Both the position numbers and the translations under genes were made by a program. DNA of 64,000 nt. It comes from Eledone cirrhosa (taxonomy: Eukaryota). The notes under the pieces are model-generated. The model saw only the letters and a list, made by a program, of their open reading frames with translations, had not been told where the DNA came from and ran no database searches. Each line of letters opens with the position of its first letter. Position 1 is the stretch's first letter. Positions 55,568 to 64,000 of the stretch are shown here, in pieces. The stretch is from positions 345,216,001-345,280,000 of the forward strand of contig OZ024741.1 in the NCBI GenBank assembly GCA_964016885.1, read 5' to 3'.

Positions 55568-55987
55568 CAATTCACAAACAAGATGAATATATTAAAAAGT
55601 CAATCTCATATACAGAGTGAGCCAGTGTAACAACAGTAACAAAAGAAACGAACGGAAAATAATTTGTGAATCAATCAATCAAATAGTAAATACTGATCAG
55701 TAATGAGGGTGCTTCTTTACTCTGCCTCCAAATGCAGGAGTCGATGACTCATCAGGCGCTAAAGTAGGTGTTTCGGGCCCGTCCACCGCGACACCAGAGC
55801 TACTTAAGTACCGTCACCATCACCACCCTCACCACCAGCAACACTACCACCACTACCACTACCACCACCACCATCTTATGTGGGCGACAAAACTCCTGCA
55901 AAATAGCACAATCTTTGGTGAGTTCGATGTTGTGACTGTCATATACATGTCCGCCCGTCCCTTCAATCTATCTTATTTCTCATTCTT

Positions 55988-56021
55988 TCTTCTGATGAAG
56001 GACTAGCGTCCGAAACGTTAA

Positions 56022-56023
<2 letters not shown>
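55988..56023 (+). ncRNA. Minimal hammerhead motif
   Basis: TCTT-CTGATGA-aGGACtagcGTCC-GAAA-CGTT^-AAGA; degenerate relative at 37309-37344; downstream tails repeated at ~56165 and ~56980. Confidence 0.65.
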
Positions 56024-56079
<56 letters not shown>

Positions 56080-56091
56080 CACATATATATA

Positions 56092-56155
<64 letters not shown>

Positions 56156-56418
56156 GGCTAATATCTGAAACGTTAAGACTCTTTCTACTATATCAAGCGT
56201 TAAACTAATATATATTTTCATTGTACTGTATCGTTTCCCTGTGTTGATTTTTTTCGTTTACTCTTCACTTTTATACATAGATATATATACATATATATAG
56301 AGATGTATATATATATAGATACATATATATATATTATTTTTTCTTATTGATGTTGTGACTCCGTCATATACACGTATACATGTGTGTATGTGTGTGTATG
56401 TATGTGTGTGCGCGTGTG

Positions 56419-56472
<54 letters not shown>

Positions 56473-56516
56473 CAATGATATTAAATAAATGGAAACTATA
56501 TTTATAAAACTATATT

Positions 56517-56767
56517 TATTCTATTATATATATTTCAAGGCTACCAAAACTTTGGTACGCTCTCATCAGATAAAATACAAAGTTTGTTTTATAAATTTTG
56601 ATATAACCAAGAAAATATACCTTAACGGTTCAAGTTTTTCTTGAAAAAAATTGAACCGTTAAGGTATCTTTTCTTGGTTATGTCAAAATTTATAAAACAA
56701 ACTTTGTATTTTATCTGATGAGAGCGTACCAAAGTGTTGGTACCCTTGAAATATATATAATAGAATA
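56517..56767. ncRNA. Divergent hammerhead pair, 56517-56577 (-) and 56707-56767 (+), in a ~340-bp fold-back
   Basis: TATTTTAT-CTGATGA(56715)-gagcGTACCAAagtgTTGGTACcctt-GAAA-TATATATA^-ATAGAATA; related to the 16088 motif. Confidence 0.8.
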
Positions 56768-56903
56768 AATATGGTTTTATAAATATAGTTTCCATTTATT
56801 TAATATCATTGAATATTATACTCCAGAAAAGCTGTCGAGTGCTCTGAATCAGTTATAAACATTTATATTTGTTGAATTACCAACAAATTGAATATCCCTT
56901 TTG

Positions 56904-56972
<69 letters not shown>

Positions 56973-57139
56973 GCTAATATCTGAAACGTTAAGACTCTTT
57001 CTAGCGTTAAACTAATATATATTTTCATTGTACTGTATCGTTTCCCTGTGTTGATTTTTTCGTTTTCTGTTCACTTGTATACATAGATATATATACATAT
57101 ATATAAAGATGTATATACATAAATATATATATAACAGTC

Positions 57140-58516
57140 TTATTTTTTCTCTTGAGATGAACTATGATGCAATGGAATTTGACGCAAGACCTTCCTAATG
57201 CTCTTGACAAAATGAAGGCCCCTTTTAGGAGTGTGCTCTTTTAGTTGGGTGTCAATGGTTGTGTCCTTCCCACATACACTACTGTGAAACGCTTTCTCGC
57301 CGTTTGGATTTTGGATCTGTATCTGCAATGTCACCTTATAAGGTATTTCCATTTTGCATTTGTCGTGGCTCATGTCGTTGCTCATTTGCAGTTTATCGCC
57401 ACTGATAATTTTGTTGCTACCCATCTTGAATACAAAATGCATTCGAATACTGAAGTCCTTTCCTCGAAGTTCATAGTAAAAAGGTTTGTCCTTCAATTGT
57501 TTCTGATTCTGAAGATGGTTTTCCAAAAGAGAATTTATCAGGAAGTTTTTCTTGCATACTCTGCAGTTGCATAGCTTTTCTCCCATGTGCATTTTAATAT
57601 GCATTTTGAGATTGGTGCGCAATACAAAGTCCTTACCGCACAATTCGCAGTGGAAAGGTTTCTCTTCAGTGTGCTGCGTTTTTGTGTGCATCTCCAATGT
57701 AAATACACATGCAAAGCTGAGACTGCAAATATCGCAGTGGAAAGGTCTTTCACCCGTGTGGGTCTTCATATGAGCTTCCAGTCCACAGCTCTTAAAGAAA
57801 TCCTTGCCGCACACCTCACAACGGTGCAATTTCTCGCCGATGTGTGTCTCTGTATGATTGCGTAGGGATGAAAACAGAGGGTAAGTCTTACCACATAGTT
57901 CGCACTCATACTCTTTGCCTTCTGATTTACTCTTCGACAACATCATCAGTGAGGCCTTTTCGAAGAAATCGTTGCCACATATCGTACAGTTTTCTGACGT
58001 CTTCTCTGCAACCTGCTTGTCACCATCTCCTATCTTCAGTACTTTCTTTATTTGGAATGACGGCGTTGAATCGTGTTTCGGACAAACATCTTTGCTCTCC
58101 ACATCTGTCCTTGAGTTTGAACATGTATTCACTTTACTGCTGCAGCTGTCACCTTTCTCGTTGATATTGTTGCCATGTTCATTGCCGCCTTCACTGATGC
58201 AACCGTTACAATTACCACCATTGCCACAATCCCCACCACCACCACCACCACCATCACCATCACCATCACCAATACCGTGACCACTAAAACTATCATAGTC
58301 ACCACTATTTCCAACTGCTATTGCTACCTCTGTTCTACCAACTACACCCCCTCTTACTCTTACTCCTCCAAATGTTTCTCCTCTGATTGACTCTTTTTCT
58401 GCTTCCTTCGGATCTATGTCAAATGCACTGCCGCGGAAACATGCTTCCAGATGACCCTTGTCGGCTACTTTACTCTTGCACAGCATCTTCCTGTGTATCA
58501 CTAAGTGTTTCTGCAT
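57140..58516 (-). CDS. C2H2 zinc-finger protein (four intact fingers plus degenerate ones); may be one exon of a larger gene
   Basis: CELC...H...H, CEVC, CDIC, CELC fingers with IGEKL/TGERP/TEEKP linkers; Gly-rich N-terminal part; C-terminal fingers lack Cys/His. Confidence 0.8.
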   Translation of the reverse strand: MQKHLVIHRKMLCKSKVADKGHLEACFRGSAFDIDPKEAEKESIRGETFGGVRVRGGVVGRTEVAIAVGNSGDYDSFSGHGIGDGDGDGGGGGGGDCGNGGNCNGCISEGGNEHGNNINEKGDSCSSKVNTCSNSRTDVESKDVCPKHDSTPSFQIKKVLKIGDGDKQVAEKTSENCTICGNDFFEKASLMMLSKSKSEGKEYECELCGKTYPLFSSLRNHTETHIGEKLHRCEVCGKDFFKSCGLEAHMKTHTGERPFHCDICSLSFACVFTLEMHTKTQHTEEKPFHCELCGKDFVLRTNLKMHIKMHMGEKLCNCRVCKKNFLINSLLENHLQNQKQLKDKPFYYELRGKDFSIRMHFVFKMGSNKIISGDKLQMSNDMSHDKCKMEIPYKVTLQIQIQNPNGEKAFHSSVCGKDTTIDTQLKEHTPKRGLHFVKSIRKVLRQIPLHHSSSQEKK

Positions 58517-58553
58517 GAATATGGATATGTGCGTATATCTCCTTACACTATAT

Positions 58554-58617
<64 letters not shown>

Positions 58618-59221
58618 TATATGTTACTGTTCCTCGTGAAACTATTTAAATGTATATTGGTGGAACTGACTTGAGGTTCTAATAGTGACTACCTGTAGTA
58701 CTTTGATTAACCTATACCTTTGTCAGACAACACTTAACGTATTAATAAATATTTTAATACATATATATTTACACTATATATATATATATATATGCTTATA
58801 ACGGACGTTTCTATATATGCTTGTGTGTATCAACGTATGTACCTGTATGGGCGTGGAAGTGTGTATGCATTTAATTTATGTAACGTGTATTTTATTGTGA
58901 TATGCTGTTGCTGCTAAAACCTTCAGTAGTAGTAGTAGTAGTAGTAGTAGTAGTTCGCCGTTTGTTAGTTATAGCCGACTAGAGCCATTATACGCATTCA
59001 GTCAGAAATACGCACTCATGCACACACATACACACTCATAAGCATATATATTAATGGTACAAGACTTTTATCCTTGGAATCCCCTCGCAAATTTCACCAT
59101 TCCAAAAACAAAAAGATATTTATGAATGTATTTCTATATCGTTTTAGTTATTAAACTTTCACTGCATTTTTGTTTCATTTTCCCGACTAATGTTGGATAG
59201 ATATATAAAGTTATAAAATAT

Positions 59222-59377
<156 letters not shown>

Positions 59378-59834
59378 TTCCCTTTTTAAACTTTTTTCCC
59401 TTCTGCAAATTGTTTTTTTATTACGTCCTTTACTCCCAAACTCGCATTGCTTAGCTGAGTTTACAAATTTTTATAAAAAATATTTATAGATCAGATTATT
59501 TTCAAAACTCGTTATATAGGTAACGTTTGTTGCTTGCCTTTGATAGAATTCATTTTCCCTTGCTTTATTGGTTTTTTTAAAGCTAATGTGATTTGTATGA
59601 GTTTTTAAATATAGATATTTTTCCCAGAATTGCTGTAGTATTTGAACTATGTTACATTGAATCTACTAAGAAATATAACATTTAGTTAGTCACCCATGGT
59701 AATAGTTTTAATTCAGACACTCCTATTGCTGCGGCTACTTTCGATGCCGCTGCTGTTGTTGTCTTAGAAGAGAAATTACTTCATTCATATTGGACTTGGG
59801 CTACAAAAAAAGTCGTTCGTGACCAAGTAGAGGG

Positions 59835-59940
<106 letters not shown>

Positions 59941-61012
59941 GTATGAGAGAGACAAATTAAAGCACATCAATAAATTAATTTATCAATTGATTAATCAGCT
60001 ATTTTTTTTTCTATTGATCTCATGTATTGACGGTCCCAATAACGCAGTAGTATCGGTTAATATGTGTGGAGTTGGGGTTGGGGTTGAAGATTAAGCAGCC
60101 ACTCGGTTACTTAAGTGAAGGAAAGGGAAGACAATAAATTATGTGATGGAAAATAGGAAAGAAGGAAATTATAAGGCAATGAGTTTTGATGACGTTTTAT
60201 GTTGTCTTTCGTAAACACCTATATAAGGGAGATGAGACATTTATGAGATTTAGGGGAGAAAAAAGGGGATCAACCACAATGACAGGTGAGAGGAAACAAA
60301 TATATAATAATAAAATAAATTATGAAAATTTCCAATATCTTAATTAGAAACCGGATCGCGAAACTCACTCAGTTCAGCAGGAGCTAAGAGCTTAGACTTT
60401 GCGACCTCCCTGAGGTTATATTGAAGTTGGCAAAAGCAAAAAAGGAAGTTGAAAAACCAAAATGGACGATAAAAAAAGTAAAATGTTAAAAAAAATAGAA
60501 AGAGAACGATGGAGGAAGAAGAAAATATAAAAAGAAAAATATGTAAGAGGTTGATTTCTTTTTTTTTTTTGTCTTTTTCTGGAAAATTTGTGTTTCTTTT
60601 TTTGTTGTATGTTTATCACTGGTTGATTTCAACCCAATTAGTTTGGGTTGAAATCTACCACCTGGGTAATATGCTTCTGTTTACAGTTTCATTTGGTTGC
60701 AGACCAGACCTTTATTGATTTGGACGATTAGCACTTCAATTGCAATCTCTCGTATTTTCTTCTTAAAATAGAAAATATAAAACTCTCTTCTTTTTACACT
60801 CCTATCACATTGGAATCTATTATCGTTTAGAAATCATCATTATTATTATTATTATCATTATTATTAAGTTAATTTTTTATATTACTTTCTTAATTTTTCT
60901 CTGTTTTGTAAATTGAAAAAAAGCCAAAAGATAGAAATATGGCGGAGTTTTGTAAGTTGGGAATTAACAGACTGTTGTTAAGAGTGAAGTACAAAAACGA
61001 TACAACAGTCTC

Positions 61013-61065
<53 letters not shown>

Positions 61066-61395
61066 CAAGAACAAGAAAATCAACAATAGTAATAACAATG
61101 ACAGAAATAATGATTTGGTGTGAATTAATCCTGTGCAAGTATAATATAAATCCAATGCACGTCCAGTTTTAGCTTTATCGTAGTCCAATTTCACAGCGAC
61201 AAACTTTATAGGTGACGTTCAGATGTTGAGATGTAGAGATTCAATTGGTCTCTTCTCAAATAATACAAAGATAATCCACTTTTTTTCTTCTTCGTATACT
61301 TGCTTATGTGTATATATATATATAGAGAGAGAGCGTGAAACTAATAAACCTTTGTTTGTACTGCCTCTCTGTTTTTGTTCCCGTTCCAGTTTTCA

Positions 61396-61498
<103 letters not shown>

Positions 61499-61605
61499 TG
61501 TGTTTATACACCCTTTTCCTGCTATTTCAAGCGTTAACCTAATATATTCCTACCATATACTGTACCGATTGTGTTGTTATTTCTGTTTACCTTTTACATA
61601 CATAC

Positions 61606-61719
<114 letters not shown>

Positions 61720-61980
61720 GTGCGTCTTATGAATCGTGTTTTCAGCTACAGTATGATTTTCACACTAATCAACGACGCGTGATCAACACAAGAAATCAAT
61801 GGTAACCCAACCAAATTTTGTTTATATATATATATATATGTGTGTGTTTGTGTGTGTGTGTGTGTGTGTGTATGAATGTATGTATGTGTGTGTATGTATA
61901 TATATGTGTATGTATATATGTATGTATGTATTTTATCTATGTATATATGTATGATATGAATGTATGTATATATGTATGTA

Positions 61981-62121
<141 letters not shown>

Positions 62122-62996
62122 TATTTGGCTATGGGCAGAATCTGTTGGCGAAAGTGTTTTTATTGGAAGATGATGTGGAAGTGCTATCACTAATAGTAAC
62201 AACAGACATCAATATCATCAGCATCAACAATTCCACCATCATCAGTGTCATGGCATCTTTGTGGCGGCCATCTTCATTCTCATTCTTCTCCTCCACCTCA
62301 TTACCATCATAATCATCCTCACTGCAATTATTGAATCAGCCGGTTATGAATTTGCTTCAATTATTCCATGATTATTCTAAAACATTTCATGTGTGCAAGG
62401 TGAGGGATTTAACGTTTTCCCGTCTGCATTTCTTCAGATAGAGTCTTTATATATGTTGTGTGGTGTGGTGAGGTGTAATAGTATAGTGGTTAGAGTCGTG
62501 TAGCTTTAGATGGAGGAGAAGTGTGAGTTATAGTTTCATGAGAGCAGTTTTATCAAAGAAATCTAATTAAAAATGAGAGACAAAGTAATCGTTGCAAATA
62601 TTATTGTCGGTGATGATGGTGATGGTAATATTGTTGTTGTTGATGTTGTCCTTGTTGTTGGGCTTCATGTTAGCCCTGATCGAGTAAATCTATTGTTAGT
62701 ATGGTGATATTTGAAGGGATCATTCGGCTGATGTTTCTAGCACTTTGTTCTTGTTGTTGCAGTTGCAGTGGTTCTTGTTGTTCCCGTTAAAGACAGTCGT
62801 TTATGAAATGATTTTATTTCAGTAGTTTTTTTTTAAATATTATTTCTGCTTTTCTCCCTTTTCATTTCTAATGTTTCCAGTCATCTGTAATTAAAAAAAA
62901 GGAAGAGAAATTAAATAAAGAAAAAAAAAAAAATGAATGCTATTATGAAACAGGGAGGAAATTAACGATGAGAAAATGTTGTTATTGTTGTTGTAA

Positions 62997-63220
62997 GGGT
63001 GGTGGATTGCCAGTATCGGTAAAGAGTCGGACGCCATGCTTTGCAGCATAGAGTTACGCCCCTTTACAGTCTGAGTTCAAATCCCGCCGAGGTTAACGTT
63101 GCCTTTCATCCTTACGGGGTTGATAAAATAAAGCACCACTAATGCACTGAGGTAGATTTAATCGACTTTCCCCTCCCCTTAAAAAAATTGCTGGCCTTGT
63201 GCCTAAAAGTAGAAACAATT
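62997..63220 (+). mobile_element. SINE family A, full length
   Basis: A box, B box and body; flanked by TTATTG(T/C)TGTTGT. Confidence 0.9.
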
Positions 63221-64000
63221 ATTGCTGTTGTTATTGTAGAAGTTGTTGTTTCTGCTGCTACTGTTGTTGGTGGTGGCGAATGCACAGTCCAAAAAAGTCT
63301 AGCGATCACATTGAATTCAAAAGAACAGTCAGAGACATAGCAAGCGACATGAATCCTGGTATTATTGCCGGCTTTGCAAAGCAATACGGACATGTAATAA
63401 GTAATGTAATAACGGGCATCTAATAAGTGCCAAAGTAGTGAGGAATGATATATAATTAAGAGGAGCAATATGGATGTTTAAGTACTAATGACCCCCTCAG
63501 CACCAAAAAAAGGCCATTCCAGAACTATTGTCTACTTCCTTTTATTTCAAGAAGGCAAAATATGTTTTCTATTCTGACATTTAACGTCTTTATATTTTCA
63601 AACATTTCATTTTGATCTTTTTATAAACATTTTCATTGGAATTGTTCATGGGAATTCTCTTTGTTGCCTCGTCTTCACGAGTTTCAACGGAGCACCAGAA
63701 TGGCGGCTAGGTCTCATCCATTTACAGTTGAAGTTCCTGAATGCAATCGCAAATATTCTGAGTTTCTTCCTTCGCACATCTCGCCTATCGAGTTCTCTTC
63801 TGGCTTCTTGCTTTACTAACTACTATAATTTGCTTTCAAACATTCAAAAGCAACATCAATGGTCACCTTCTCCCTCTTAGAATTACGCTTTCTCTACCTT
63901 GTCTTTCTCCCTTCTCAGTAAAACCTTGCCTTCTAGGGACTTTATTGTTTTGCTTGGGATGAGCAACAAAAAAGATTTTTAAAGTTCTCTAATGTAGCTT

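Noticed and set aside
55735-55760. Minus-strand CTGATGA-GTC-atc-GAC
   Set aside because: Not followed by GAAA and no stem I/III closure
63280-63950. Short ORF-like stretches near the window end
   Set aside because: Possibly transposon debris but no diagnostic motif recognised

Overview
AT-rich, microsatellite-saturated eukaryotic DNA, most likely from a cephalopod (octopus-like tRNA-derived SINEs, a C2H2 zinc-finger ORF, very dense (TA)n/(CATA)n tracts; the taxon is inferred). Almost all ORFs in the supplied track are microsatellite translations. Real coding content: one intact 1169-aa R4/Dong-clade non-LTR retrotransposon (RT plus restriction-like endonuclease), immediately followed by a decayed second Dong family, both in a (CATA)n tract; at least two Penelope-like element (PLE) families with C-terminal GIY-YIG (Naiad-like), fragmentary or frameshifted; RTE, L1/Tx1, Tc1/mariner and probable hAT remnants; two TA-flanked MITEs; about 10 SINE copies; and one C2H2 zinc-finger ORF. 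The main hidden signal: the short 'unique' islands between (TA)n tracts mostly carry minimal type-I hammerhead ribozyme (HHR) motifs. I folded about 30 by eye, from roughly 15-18 unrelated sequence families (about 1 per 2 kb). They have palindromic stem III, often a U3:A8 compensated core (TTGANAA) and a U.U base of stem II. Many are arranged as fold-back pairs whose 3' ends both point outward into (TA)n. Two families are physically attached to PLE ORFs, so the rest are probably 3' termini of many (TA)n-targeting PLEs. All folds are manual and no cleavage activity is demonstrated.
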